From the UHGV virus genome UHGV-1355377: a DNA stretch of 41,184 bases; one strand, given 5' to 3'. Position 1 is the stretch's first letter. Every line of letters starts with the position of its first letter. This DNA is from a virus. This document shows, in pieces, positions 1-9,347 of this stretch. The position numbers and the translations under genes were made by a program. The notes beneath the pieces were generated by a model. It was not told the origin of the DNA, did not search any database, and saw nothing but the letters and a program-made list of their open reading frames with translations.

Positions 1-134
1 GTTGTAAAAAATTATATGGTATTAAATTATAATATTATTGATTTACTAGTGTTTTTACAAGGTTATAAATAGTCGTAAAATACGCTTGAAAGACTAAGCA
101 AGTGCCGCCATGTGTCTGAATTATAGTTGATGTC

Positions 135-158
135 AAAGGCTTTAAGCCTTTTTTTTAT
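135..158 (+). terminator. Rho-independent terminator-like hairpin (AAAGGC-TTTAA-GCCTTT + T-run) in left flank
   Basis: 6-bp GC-containing stem at 135-140/146-151, 5-nt loop, followed by TTTTTTTT on + strand. Lies outside the candidate attL, probably host flank. Confidence 0.5.
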
Positions 159-170
159 TTGTTTTGAATT

Positions 171-182
171 AAAAAAGGGGCA
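171..182. repeat. Candidate attL core: 12-bp direct repeat AAAAAAGGGGCA (identical copy at 41158-41169)
   Basis: Exact 12-mer found at both ends of the window, about 40.99 kb apart. The left copy lies immediately beside the 3' end of the integrase gene. GGGGCAA is further reiterated nearby at both ends. Confidence 0.45.
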
Positions 183-194
183 CGAAAGGGGCAA

Positions 195-1331
195 TTACTT
201 GCCATATTTATTTAGAGCTTCTACCAGATTTGTTTTAGCTTTTTTTGTAACATGAGTATAAATTTTTAAAGTTGTTTCCGTGTCAACGTGGCCTACACGT
301 TCCATTATTGCTTTTACTGGTACATTTAATTCTGCAAGTAGTGAAATATGAGAATGTCTAAAAATATGACTTGATATAGTTTTGTTTATTTTATTTTTAC
401 CTAGACTTTCATTAGCTTTCTTTAGAGAGGCATTAAATGAATTAACTTGAATTGGTTTGCCCGTTTTGCCAACAAATAGATAATTTGTTTGCTCTTTGAA
501 TTTTATTTCTCTTTCTAAAATTAACTCTTCGATTATTTTCACAGCTCTATTTGATAATTCTACTTTCCTGAATGATGCTAGAGTTTTAGGTAATTCTTTT
601 GTAGCGTTTTTATAACCGTTAGAATAATCCAGAGTTCCATTAACTAAAATAGCATGTTCATTTTTTACATAATCATTTATAGTAAGACTAATTGCTTCAC
701 CAGCTCTTAATCCAGTTAAATACATAAACTCTGCTAAACGACCATGATGGACACTTTGAAATGTAGAATAATAATAGTTTAATAATTGATAAACCTCTTT
801 CTCTTCGAGGTATTTACTTTCTATATTTTCAAAATTTTCTTTTGTTAGTGGGGGGTTAACAACTTTCACTCTATTGATAGGATTTTCATCAATCATTCCC
901 ATGTCTTGTGCATAAGTGAAGGACATGTTAAGCACACTTTTGAATTTTTTCTTATACTCCCACGAATGCGGTAAATCATTAATAAAGTCTTGGAAAAATT
1001 TTGTATCTGTGTTTCTTATGAGTACATCAACATTCATATTGGAAAATATATATTTTAAAATTTTTCCGTAAGCTTTAACTGATGTTTTCCTAATAGATAA
1101 TTGATGTTGTTGCCACCAGCTATTTAAGAGATTCTCTAATGATACTTTTTGTTGATCTTTTTTCTCCATTCGATTATTAATCTTATCCTGTAATTCCATC
1201 ATCGCTTGTTTTTTTGCTTGGTTAGACTTCGAATTAAGTGTAACTGAAACACGTCGATATTTTTCCGTGTACGGATCTTTATATCGCTCAAAGTATTTAA
1301 ATTTTCCATTAGGAAGTTCCTCGATCCACAA
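195..1331 (-). CDS. int: Phage integrase, tyrosine recombinase family
   Basis: Tyrosine recombinase box II motifs are present (HxxR...Y: FRHSHISLL... and ...IYTHV). Likely start is TTG at 1331, 8 nt after an AAAGGAG SD; the longer track ORF to 1499 has no RBS. Sits at the prophage edge, as usual for int. Confidence 0.85.
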   Translation of the reverse strand: MWIEELPNGKFKYFERYKDPYTEKYRRVSVTLNSKSNQAKKQAMMELQDKINNRMEKKDQQKVSLENLLNSWWQQHQLSIRKTSVKAYGKILKYIFSNMNVDVLIRNTDTKFFQDFINDLPHSWEYKKKFKSVLNMSFTYAQDMGMIDENPINRVKVVNPPLTKENFENIESKYLEEKEVYQLLNYYYSTFQSVHHGRLAEFMYLTGLRAGEAISLTINDYVKNEHAILVNGTLDYSNGYKNATKELPKTLASFRKVELSNRAVKIIEELILEREIKFKEQTNYLFVGKTGKPIQVNSFNASLKKANESLGKNKINKTISSHIFRHSHISLLAELNVPVKAIMERVGHVDTETTLKIYTHVTKKAKTNLVEALNKYGK

Positions 1332-1398
1332 TGTTAAAACTCCTTTCGAATGTATGTTCTCAAGTATTGAAAAAAGAAAAGCCCGAAGGCCATTCCTT

Positions 1399-1596
1399 TT
1401 ACTTAAACAAATCCCAAAAGCTAAAAGTTGTTTTATTATATACTTTATTATACATAGCTTTCTTGGGGTTCTTAATGAAACCAGTTCCTTTTTGCCCATA
1501 ACCAGGAATTACTGCTTTTTTAAGCTTACGTTTAGCTTTTCCAGTAGTACGAGCACTTATTGATTTTTTTATACTTGGTTTACGCATTCCTACTTT
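1399..1596 (-). CDS. Small basic protein, candidate excisionase/DNA-binding protein
   Basis: 65-aa K/R-rich ORF immediately upstream of int on the same strand, with AAAGGA SD 10 nt before ATG at 1596. Position is typical for xis. Call rests on position and composition only. Confidence 0.35.
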   Translation of the reverse strand, partial: KVGMRKPSIKKSISARTTGKAKRKLKKAVIPGYGQKGTGFIKNPKKAMYNKVYNKTTFSFWDLFK

Positions 1597-1614
1597 CATG
1601 TAAAACACGTCCTT

Positions 1615-2499
1615 TTATATATTATTTAAAGCATAAGTTATTTCTGAATCGGTAAAACCTTCATATGACAACTGGTCTTTTAATTTTTCTTTAGAGATAT
1701 CCATACTTTCCATATACTCTTTAGCCTTATTTACCGCTTGCTTATTCCAATTGGTAGATATATTTTCTACTGCAAAGTTTGCTGCTTCATCAGAAAATTT
1801 TTCATACTGAAGTTGTTTATATAAGCTAATTTTTGAAAAAGAGCTGTGGTTAATATACTCTTCAGCTTTTATCTTTGCATTTGTGTATTCCAGAGGAACT
1901 TTACTAGATTGCGAGGAAGAAGCAGTTGTTTCTTGCGCCTTTTTATCCTTACCAGCTAGTACATCTGCTAATAATTCGTCTAAATCATTACTATTTAAAT
2001 CATTGTTAAAAACAAAAGTGACAAATTTATTATCATCTATTGAATTTTCAGATTTACTAGTATATTTTTTTGAATTATCTGGAATACTATTTTCTAAAAC
2101 AAGAATTAAATCATCAAACTTTTTTTCTACTACGCTATTTGCAAGTCTCATAGTAGAAAAAATGGTTAGCGCAGAAGGCTGTTTTTCATCGGTTTTTGTG
2201 AACAAAGCAAAAGCAATCGGTGATAAACTTTCTTTAAATATTTCAACTTTTAGATTTTTTGATGTCAGATAGGAATCATACTTATTAGTAAGTTCATATT
2301 TACTTTCGGTCAATTCATTTAAATTAGATTCTATTACTTTTTTTGAATCTATTCCCAATTTATTTTCAGGTATTTTGGTAGTTTGTTTTTTTTCATGGGT
2401 TTCCGCTTCTTTTGTTTTATCATCGTTACCACTGGCACTACAACCTGATATAAAAATAATAGGTAGTAGTAGTGAAGTTAAAATAACCCTTTTTTTCAT
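1615..2499 (-). CDS. Prophage lipoprotein (Ltp-like superinfection-exclusion candidate)
   Basis: N-terminal signal peptide with lipobox LLLPIIFISGC, followed by a hydrophilic body. Located between int and the repressor module, the position of Ltp in TP-J34-like phages. Confidence 0.6.
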   Translation of the reverse strand: MKKRVILTSLLLPIIFISGCSASGNDDKTKEAETHEKKQTTKIPENKLGIDSKKVIESNLNELTESKYELTNKYDSYLTSKNLKVEIFKESLSPIAFALFTKTDEKQPSALTIFSTMRLANSVVEKKFDDLILVLENSIPDNSKKYTSKSENSIDDNKFVTFVFNNDLNSNDLDELLADVLAGKDKKAQETTASSSQSSKVPLEYTNAKIKAEEYINHSSFSKISLYKQLQYEKFSDEAANFAVENISTNWNKQAVNKAKEYMESMDISKEKLKDQLSYEGFTDSEITYALNNI

Positions 2500-2563
2500 T
2501 TTTAAAACTCCCCATTTCTGATATAATGTATTTATTGAATAATTCTCATAAATGAGGAAAGAG

Positions 2564-2590
2564 TTCCGTGTTGTAGCACGGGGCTTTTTT
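2564..2590 (+). terminator. Hairpin CCGTG-ttgtag-CACGG followed by T-run
   Basis: Inverted repeat plus GGGCTTTTTT read on + strand. Lies between two minus-strand genes, so its function is uncertain; it may terminate antisense or read-in transcription. Confidence 0.35.
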
Positions 2591-3063
2591 ATTGTAAATT
2601 TGTATTTAAAATCATGACTGACAAATCATTAAACTCAAAAATTCTTCCTTTATAAAAATGGGTATCACCAAATTTTTGACGATAATAGGCGAGTACATTT
2701 TTTAGCGTTTCAACGTCTACCCCTAAAAATTCAGCGCACGTGTAATGATTACTGAATCCTGATTCTGAACACTTAATTAAATCATCTAAAGTGACTAATT
2801 GTTCTAAAGCATATTGTCTAGCTTTTAATTCTTGTTTGCGGTTTTCTAAACAATCCTGGTTTAATATATCGCCAAACGAAGTATCATGGTGACCAAGTTC
2901 TTCAGCTAGCACATTTCTTTTTTCAACTAGACTCAACGATTTTTCAATATAAATTCTACCATCACGGTACAACCCATAGCATCCAGTATTTTGAAACAAA
3001 TCTGTTTCAATAACTGGTGCTTTTTTCTGTACCTCTGACACCAACAGTTCATATTCGTTCATA
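2589..3063 (-). CDS. ImmA/IrrE-family zinc metalloprotease (anti-repressor protease)
   Basis: HEXXH motif (AEELGHHD) in a protein of about 158 aa, encoded directly downstream of an XRE repressor; this is the ImmR/ImmA arrangement. Start at ATG 3063 with GGAG SD. Confidence 0.75.
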
Positions 3064-3078
3064 AAATACTCCTGAAAA

Positions 3079-3651
3079 TTATTCTTTATCATCTGATTCA
3101 TCATCAAAAAGATGTTTACATTCTTTTTGCTTCCTATCATAATCAGCATCCACTTTATCTAGAAATTGATTGATTTTAAGTTTCTCTTCATCAGTAAATA
3201 CTTTATCAGGGTCTGGTGAATGCGCAGCTAAAGTATCATATTTTTTCTTGTTAATGTTAACCACATTATTAGAAGCTTTGTTTTGTTTTTCTAAATGAGA
3301 CTTAGCTTCGTTATATATAAGCTGTTGGAGCTTGGGTTCTAACTGGTTGAATATAGGTACTATGTCGAAGTCATTTTTTTCACTAGATCTTTGTTCGTCA
3401 GTGATTCTTTTTTTAGAGACATCAAACCCCATTAGCCATGCTTCGTTAACATCTAAAGTTTTTGACAGAAGATAAATTCTATTTTGGTCAGGTGATTGCT
3501 TTCCAGTTACATATTGTGACAAAGTACTTTTACTCATTTTTATATTTAATTCTTTTTGATATGGTTCTGACAAACGCAGAATATCAACTTGTTTTAAATT
3601 GCGCTCACTCATAAGTTGCTTTAGACGAGCAGATGTTTTAACTCTATCCAT
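3079..3651 (-). CDS. Prophage repressor, XRE-family HTH (ImmR/CI-like)
   Basis: N-terminal HTH_3-like segment (LKQLMSERNLKQVDILRLS...TLSQYVTG). Divergent from the cro-like gene, with operator-bearing intergenic region between them. Confidence 0.8.
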   Translation of the reverse strand: MDRVKTSARLKQLMSERNLKQVDILRLSEPYQKELNIKMSKSTLSQYVTGKQSPDQNRIYLLSKTLDVNEAWLMGFDVSKKRITDEQRSSEKNDFDIVPIFNQLEPKLQQLIYNEAKSHLEKQNKASNNVVNINKKKYDTLAAHSPDPDKVFTDEEKLKINQFLDKVDADYDRKQKECKHLFDDESDDKE

Positions 3652-3680
3652 TGGTACACCTCCTTATAGATTTAAGTATA

Positions 3681-3791
3681 CAAGATATTGAATATATCTT
3701 CAACGAAAAAATTCATGAATCATGAACTTTTTCGTTGACATTAAGAAATGAACAATGTATTATATGGTTATAAAGTTCATGTTCATGAACT
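3681..3791. promoter_or_regulatory. Divergent PR/PL-like control region with repeated palindromic operators (GTTCATGAAC-type half-sites)
   Basis: AAGATAT-tgaat-ATATCTT palindrome at 3683-3701. ATTCATGAATCATGAAC at 3711-3727 and AGTTCATGTTCATGAACT at 3774-3791 are near-perfect palindromes. TTGACA (3735-3740), 17-bp spacer, TATTAT (3758-3763) points toward cro. Confidence 0.65.
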
Positions 3792-3809
3792 TGGAGGAGG
3801 TGTTTGTAA

Positions 3810-4043
3810 ATGTGCTATGATTACTCAAAATTAGCAGGAAGAATTGTTGAAAAGTTTGGAACTCAATATAATTTTGCTATCGCAATGGGATTGTCGGAGA
3901 GAACAATATCATTGAAAATGAACGGGAAAGTCTCTTGGAAAGACACTGAAATTACGAAAGCTTGCAAATTGCTAGACTTGGAAACAAATTTTATTCATTT
4001 ATATTTTTTTAAAGAGAAAGTTCACGCTTGTGAACAAAGGTAG
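3810..4043 (+). CDS. Cro-like small HTH regulator
   Basis: 77-aa ORF with HTH (FAIAMGLSERTISLKMNGK), divergent from the repressor. Confidence 0.7.
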   Translation: MCYDYSKLAGRIVEKFGTQYNFAIAMGLSERTISLKMNGKVSWKDTEITKACKLLDLETNFIHLYFFKEKVHACEQR

Positions 4044-4124
4044 TTTTGGAAGTATACAAATGAAAAAGGAAAAGTGTTCCATTAATGGAACGAAAGACAA
4101 CCAGAATAGAAGGGATGAAATCAT

Positions 4125-4844
4125 ATGAACGAACTAATTAAAGTTACAACAAATGAAAATGATGAACAGTTAGTTAACGGTAGAGAGTTATATGAATTTC
4201 TGGGAGTTAAAGATAATTATACTGATTGGTTTAAACGAATGATTAAATACGGGTTTGATGAAAACGTTGATTTTATCAGTTTCTCGGAAAAATCCGATAA
4301 ACCTTTTGGTGGTCGCCCACAAGTAAATCATTATGTGAAACTAGACATGGCTAAGGAAATTTCAATGCTACAACGTACCGAAAGAGGAAAGCAAGCTCGT
4401 AGATATTTTATTCAACTAGAAAAGTTTTGGAATAGCCCAGAAATGGTGACTAAACGAGCTCTTGAATTTCAACAGAAAAAAATAGAAGTATTACAACTAG
4501 AAAATGAATCATTAAAACCTAAAGCATTATTTGCAGATGCCGTTGATGCAAGTAAGACTTCCATTTTAATCGGTGACCTAGCTAAGCTAATCAAGCAAAA
4601 CGGCATCGACATTGGGCAGAATCGTTTATTCCAATGGCTGCGAGACAATGGGTATCTAATTGCTCGAAAAGGTGAAAGCTACAATATGCCAACCCAACGG
4701 TCACTTGATTTGGGAATTGCAGAAATCAAGGAACGAACCCATAACAATCCAGATGGAAGTATTCGAATTAGTCGAACGCCGAAAATTACTGGTAAAGGGC
4801 AAATATATTTTGTTAACAAGTTCTTACATGACAAGACAGCATAG
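4125..4844 (+). CDS. Phage antirepressor, Rha (pRha) N-terminal domain with C-terminal KilA-C-like region
   Basis: N-terminus VNGRELYEFLGVKDNYTDWFKRMIKYGFDENVDF matches the conserved pRha signature. RBS GGGATGAAATCATATG. Confidence 0.75.
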   Translation: MNELIKVTTNENDEQLVNGRELYEFLGVKDNYTDWFKRMIKYGFDENVDFISFSEKSDKPFGGRPQVNHYVKLDMAKEISMLQRTERGKQARRYFIQLEKFWNSPEMVTKRALEFQQKKIEVLQLENESLKPKALFADAVDASKTSILIGDLAKLIKQNGIDIGQNRLFQWLRDNGYLIARKGESYNMPTQRSLDLGIAEIKERTHNNPDGSIRISRTPKITGKGQIYFVNKFLHDKTA

Positions 4845-4859
4845 AAAGGAGATGTCTAC

Positions 4860-5108
4860 ATGCAAATCACACTAGCAAAGACTATCGATTTACAGCAAGC
4901 TTGGATGGCAAAAGATGAAGCAATTGTTTATTTTGGCTATCAGCATCACAAACCAACATTTCAAAAACTTCTGAGAGAGTTTAAGGAACATAAAGAATTT
5001 AAAGATGGCTATAGACTCGTTACATCATGCATGCCAATTATCCACATTCAGAAATTTGATGAATTTTTGGTTTGGCGGGAAAAAAACAAGTATAAGCGAA
5101 ATAAATAG
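4860..5108 (+). CDS. Hypothetical early protein
   Basis: 82-aa ORF with RBS AAAGGAG just upstream. No recognisable motif. Confidence 0.5.
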   Translation: MQITLAKTIDLQQAWMAKDEAIVYFGYQHHKPTFQKLLREFKEHKEFKDGYRLVTSCMPIIHIQKFDEFLVWREKNKYKRNK

Positions 5109-5129
5109 ACGTTATAGGAGGTAAGTAAT

Positions 5130-5303
5130 ATGAGAAAAATTTATAACTTAAGAAGAATTGCAGTATTGCTAATCGTTTTCGGATTGGGGTTGATAGTAGG
5201 CGGAAATTTTAATCCAATCATCCAAAATGTGTATATCGGCTTATTCATCATTTGGACACTGTTTTATGATCTGGCACTTGAAGATAGAGAGGTTAAGAAA
5301 TGA
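5130..5303 (+). CDS. Small membrane protein (57 aa, two predicted TM helices)
   Basis: Strong RBS TAGGAGGTAAG 8 nt upstream. Hand-translated MRKIYNLRRIAVLLIVFGLGLIVGG...FIIWTLFY. Below the track cutoff; stop overlaps the next tiny ORF (ATGA). Confidence 0.45.
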   Translation: MRKIYNLRRIAVLLIVFGLGLIVGGNFNPIIQNVYIGLFIIWTLFYDLALEDREVKK

Positions 5304-5622
5304 CTAGGAAAGACAAACTACAGCAAACCAAAAAACTTGCTGATTTATGGTACCAGCAACAAAAAAATCAGATATATATAGCGCAACAAAAAGAGAGAAG
5401 AGGGATTTAGATGTTTCAAGCGGTTGGTAAAGATAGTTTGAAAATTTACGTGGTTGAGGACACGAAAGCTCTGGTATTTCAAAAGCTGAAAGAAAAATAT
5501 CCAGACACTGCGATAAATAAGGCAGTATTTCCAGAAGCGTTATTTATCCAAGAAACAAAAAAGTGACTTCCGCCGGCAAGCAAAAAGTCACAAACAAAAT
5601 TAATTGATAGGAGAATTATAGC

Positions 5623-5859
5623 ATGAGAGTGGAAGTGGATTCAATGCAAAGAATTGTCTTAATTGATAATCATTCACCTTATGGATCACTGATTTTTGAA
5701 AAGGATGCTATTAATAATCATGTTGCTGTTTACCAAGATAGCGAAGATGAAGAAGTTAGAACAGTATTCGAGAGTTTAGATGAAAGTGCTTATTTTAATC
5801 AAGTTGAATTAATCGAAGGACTTCAAAAAGTTATTTCATTACTGAAAGAAGGGGAATAA
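5623..5859 (+). CDS. Hypothetical early protein
   Basis: 78-aa ORF with RBS GGAGAATTATAGCATG; directly abuts the ERF gene. Confidence 0.5.
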   Translation: MRVEVDSMQRIVLIDNHSPYGSLIFEKDAINNHVAVYQDSEDEEVRTVFESLDESAYFNQVELIEGLQKVISLLKEGE

Positions 5860-6537
5860 ATGAACGAGAACAGCGAAAATTTAAAAGAATTGTTTGATGG
5901 GATGTATAAGCTGAAAAGCAAATTAATTCAACCAAGATTTGACGCAGAAGTTGCCTATACAACGAAAAAAGGTCCAATGAATTTCCAATATGCAACTCTA
6001 AAAGCGATTGAAGAAGCAATTAGAAAAGCTGCACAAGAATCCGAAAGCGGAATTGATTTTCAACAAAATGTCGTCAATGAGAATAATGCGTTAAAAGTCA
6101 CAACAATTATTACTCATGTTAGCGGTCAATATATCATTCATGGACCTTTTGAATTTCCAAACAGTGGCACCAATCCGCAAGGGCTAGGAAGCTTAACAAC
6201 TTATGCAAGACGTTACTCTTTGTCTGCTGCTTTTGGAATTGCTGCAGATAAAGACGATGATGGCCAAACAGCAGCTGAAAAGAACAGCGATACTTCAAAA
6301 GTTGATTTGATTAGCGGTAAACAGTTAGCTACGTTAAACGATCATATCAGACAACTTTCTGAGTTATCGAATTCTGAACTTGACTATGTGCGGAATGAAC
6401 TAAGTAAAGAATTGGATGTTGATGTCAATGAAAACATGCCGTCTAGTATGTTCAATAAAGCTGTTGAAGTTCTGAAACAATGGATACAACAATTCCAGCC
6501 ACAACCAGAAGAAAACATTACATGGGGGCAAAGCTAA
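5860..6537 (+). CDS. ERF-family single-strand annealing protein (recombinase)
   Basis: Conserved ERF block: NFQYATLKAIEEA...GSLTTYARRYSLSAAFGI. Confidence 0.7.
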   Translation: MNENSENLKELFDGMYKLKSKLIQPRFDAEVAYTTKKGPMNFQYATLKAIEEAIRKAAQESESGIDFQQNVVNENNALKVTTIITHVSGQYIIHGPFEFPNSGTNPQGLGSLTTYARRYSLSAAFGIAADKDDDGQTAAEKNSDTSKVDLISGKQLATLNDHIRQLSELSNSELDYVRNELSKELDVDVNENMPSSMFNKAVEVLKQWIQQFQPQPEENITWGQS

Positions 6538-7460
6538 TGACAAACGAATTAACAACAGAATTGCAGTTTAATGTTGATTTTAAAGCTAGTAAAATCACTA
6601 TCCAAAATGAAGCACAGTTGTCTGAGATGGTTGAGAGCGCAGTTAAGCACTATTCAACAATGATTTTCACAGATGAAAACATTCCTGAAGCTAAAAAAGC
6701 AAGAGCAGACTTAAATAAAGTTGTAACGTTGCTAGATGATCAACGTAAAGAAGTTAAAAATCAATATGATAAGCCGTTAAAAGATTTTGAGGAAAAAATA
6801 AAAAAATATACTGAAAAAATAAGTGAAGTTAGTTCAGAAATTAACGAAAGCATCAAATCATACGAAGAAGCAGAGAAGCAGAAACGAAGCAAAAAGCTTC
6901 AAAAAGTGATTGCTGAAATGTCTGAAAACTACAATGTATCCATTGACGAAATTGAAATTCCTAGTTCGTGGACTAATAAAACAGCTTTCACAGTTAAAGG
7001 TGAACCAAATAAGAAAACTATTGAGGAAATAGCGGCATCGATGGTAGCAGTTGCATCTGAAAAAGAACGTATAAAAAACGATAAGCTCATTGTTGAAAAT
7101 TATGCTAAGGCAGTTGGCCTTGACTCGTTTTCTTGGGTCGCATTAATTGATAAAGGGTCTACTGCACCAGAGCTGATGAAAGAAATTGATTCCGCCGTTG
7201 CTTTAAAAAAAGAACAAGAAGAACGTGAAAGAGCAAAAAAAGAACACGACGAAGCCATTGCTGCTTTGAAAACTGAAACAATCAACAATAAAACAGTTGA
7301 CACTGCGACAGGCGAAATCATCACAGAAGAAGCGCCAAAAACCTGCAAAAAACAACAAGAGAAAACAGTTACGTTAAGACTAACAGCAGAACATCAAAAG
7401 TTAGTTGCTCTAAACAATTTTATTATTAATAACGGGATTCAAGTGGAAGTGATTGAATGA
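6537..7460 (+). CDS. Acidic coiled-coil phage protein (recombination-module accessory)
   Basis: Likely start at ATG 6537, overlapping the ERF stop (TAATGA). K/E-rich. Possibly Sipho_Gp157/DUF1351-like; not verifiable here. Confidence 0.5.
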   Translation: MTNELTTELQFNVDFKASKITIQNEAQLSEMVESAVKHYSTMIFTDENIPEAKKARADLNKVVTLLDDQRKEVKNQYDKPLKDFEEKIKKYTEKISEVSSEINESIKSYEEAEKQKRSKKLQKVIAEMSENYNVSIDEIEIPSSWTNKTAFTVKGEPNKKTIEEIAASMVAVASEKERIKNDKLIVENYAKAVGLDSFSWVALIDKGSTAPELMKEIDSAVALKKEQEERERAKKEHDEAIAALKTETINNKTVDTATGEIITEEAPKTCKKQQEKTVTLRLTAEHQKLVALNNFIINNGIQVEVIE

Positions 7461-8137
7461 ACCTAACCAATGTTTATTCTGCTGTTATTAAGAGTTTGAA
7501 AAACAACTCAATAACAGCAGTAATAAACGAAGCAATAAATATTGAACGATTAAAAACCATGTATTTTGATTATACAGGGCCAAGAGAAGTTGAAATAAGA
7601 TTTATTGATCCGAGAAAATTTAGTGTTGCCCAACGTCGATTTATCTTTGCAATGCTAGAGGACATATTCTCTTTCACAGGGCAAGAAACAGAAGTGTTAA
7701 AGGAAATGTTCTATCTCAGATTTGAAGCGTTACAGGGCTATGAAATTAGCCTCAGAAACGACTCAACAAACACAATGGACGATGCAACCATTTTAGCGAA
7801 CATTATTTTGAATTTCATTTTTGAAAATAATATTCCTTTCAAAAAAGGGTACGACATTTTACCAGCAAATCAAGAATATTACTTTTACAAATGTATCACT
7901 AACCGAGTTTGTTGCATTTGTGGCAAAACTGGTGCAGATATCGACCATTTCGATAAAGCGCTAGGTCGGCGCAAAAGAAAAAGCGTTGACCATACAGAAT
8001 ACACTTATGCTGGTTTATGTCGATGCCATCACACAGAAAAACACAACATTGGTATTACAGCATTTAAGAAAAAATATCATGTTAAAGGGATTAAATTAAA
8101 TCAAGAGACAATAAAGAAATTGAATATCAGCGGTTAA
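7457..8137 (+). CDS. Phage protein with HNH-like Cys/His zinc-finger motif
   Basis: C-terminal CICGKTGADIDHF...YAGLCRCHHTEKH cluster (CxxC...H...CxCHH). Start overlaps the previous stop (ATGA). Confidence 0.5.
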   Translation: MNLTNVYSAVIKSLKNNSITAVINEAINIERLKTMYFDYTGPREVEIRFIDPRKFSVAQRRFIFAMLEDIFSFTGQETEVLKEMFYLRFEALQGYEISLRNDSTNTMDDATILANIILNFIFENNIPFKKGYDILPANQEYYFYKCITNRVCCICGKTGADIDHFDKALGRRKRKSVDHTEYTYAGLCRCHHTEKHNIGITAFKKKYHVKGIKLNQETIKKLNISG

Positions 8138-8149
8138 AGAAAGAGTGGG

Positions 8150-8353
8150 TTAATCCCACTCCACCAATTCATCATCGCCTTTTAAAACGACTTTATTCTC
8201 ACCAAATTCAATAGTTTCAATTTCTGAATAAGTTGGCGCTTCTTCATCGGAAGTTGAATCTAATTTAGTTTTGATTCGCAATTTAACAGTTGCATTTTCA
8301 TCCATTTTTTCTAAATGTTTTATTAACTCTTTAACTAACATAATAAAGTGCAC
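8150..8353 (-). CDS. Small acidic hypothetical protein (lone minus-strand ORF in a plus-strand block)
   Basis: 67-aa ORF; ATG preceded on the minus strand by GAGGTG-like SD. Confidence 0.4.
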   Translation of the reverse strand: MHFIMLVKELIKHLEKMDENATVKLRIKTKLDSTSDEEAPTYSEIETIEFGENKVVLKGDDELVEWD

Positions 8354-8414
8354 CTCATTTAATTTTTACTTTAAATATACAGAATTCTAGACTAAAAGGA
8401 AAGGGGAACGTACG

Positions 8415-9347
8415 TTGTCAGATAAACAGAAAAAGCGTTATTACTGGCTTAAATTGAAAGAAAACTTTTTTGAAGAAGACACAATCGAATGGTTAGAAGA
8501 ACAACCCAACGGAAAAGAGTACTGCTTAATATATCTAAAATTATGTTTGAAATCTTTAAAAACTGATGGGGTGTTAGTAAGGAACGTTGGCAGCATGTTA
8601 ATCCCTTACGATGCCGAGACACTCGCTAGGGTCACAAATTCCACCGTCGACACTGTAAAAGTTGCGATGGATTTATTTAAGAAAATAGGACTAATACAGT
8701 TGCTCGATACTGGTGAAATATATATCAATCAACTTAATGAACTAGTTGGATCTGAGACAGAAGCAGCCAAACAAAAACGCTTGCAAAGGTCAAAGGTGGA
8801 CAATGTCCCTAAATTGTCCTCTGAATGTCCTGAAAATGTCGCCCAGAGTATAGAGTTAGAGTATAGAGATAAGAGTATAGAGAAAGATAATAAAGAAGAG
8901 CCAAAGAAATCTCCTTGTAAATATTCTGACGAACATTTACGTCTTGCTCAAAAATTACAAAATAATTTAATCAATGATTTTCCGAGTGAAATGAAAAGAG
9001 TGAACATTGAAAAGTGGGCTGACACGTTTAGGCTAATCGAAGAACGAGATCAACAAACTATTGCAGCAATTGACTATGTTCTTGATTGGTTACCGACAAA
9101 TTCATTCTGGTTTGGAAACATTAGAAGTGCTTCTAAGCTAAGAGCGCAGTTTGAAAAACTAAAATTTGAAATCAAGAATGAAAAAGAACGGGGCCAACAA
9201 CGAACGACTTACCAACGTCAAAATGTTAGGACTGAAAATTTACCAGGATGGGCAAAAGAATCAAATAACCAGCAAGAAGAAAAGTTATCGCCAGAAGAGC
9301 AAGCGGAACTTGATAGACAAATAAAAGAATTCATGGAGGGGAAATGA
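8415..9347 (+). CDS. DnaD-like replication initiation/replisome organiser protein
   Basis: N-terminal YYWLKLKENFFEEDTIEWLEEQPNGKEY...IYLKLCLKS is typical of phage replisome organiser N-domain proteins. TTG start with AAAGGGGAA SD. Confidence 0.6.
   Translation: MSDKQKKRYYWLKLKENFFEEDTIEWLEEQPNGKEYCLIYLKLCLKSLKTDGVLVRNVGSMLIPYDAETLARVTNSTVDTVKVAMDLFKKIGLIQLLDTGEIYINQLNELVGSETEAAKQKRLQRSKVDNVPKLSSECPENVAQSIELEYRDKSIEKDNKEEPKKSPCKYSDEHLRLAQKLQNNLINDFPSEMKRVNIEKWADTFRLIEERDQQTIAAIDYVLDWLPTNSFWFGNIRSASKLRAQFEKLKFEIKNEKERGQQRTTYQRQNVRTENLPGWAKESNNQQEEKLSPEEQAELDRQIKEFMEGK

Noticed and set aside
1-9. GTTGTAAAA at both window termini as the att repeat
   Set aside because: Only 9 bp and diverging immediately. 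The 12-bp AAAAAAGGGGCA repeat adjacent to int is the better candidate, though both are reported and neither is verified.
1883-2272. Plus-strand 129-aa ORF inside the lipoprotein gene, and similar embedded ORFs (7100-7348, 9758-10015, 11571-11813, 12063-12290, 19502-19720, 24485-24841, 26755-27141, 29885-30208, 32432-32716, 33771-34004 and others)
   Set aside because: Fully nested in, and antisense to, well-supported genes. They are low-complexity, lack an RBS, and typically show low-GC antisense artefacts.
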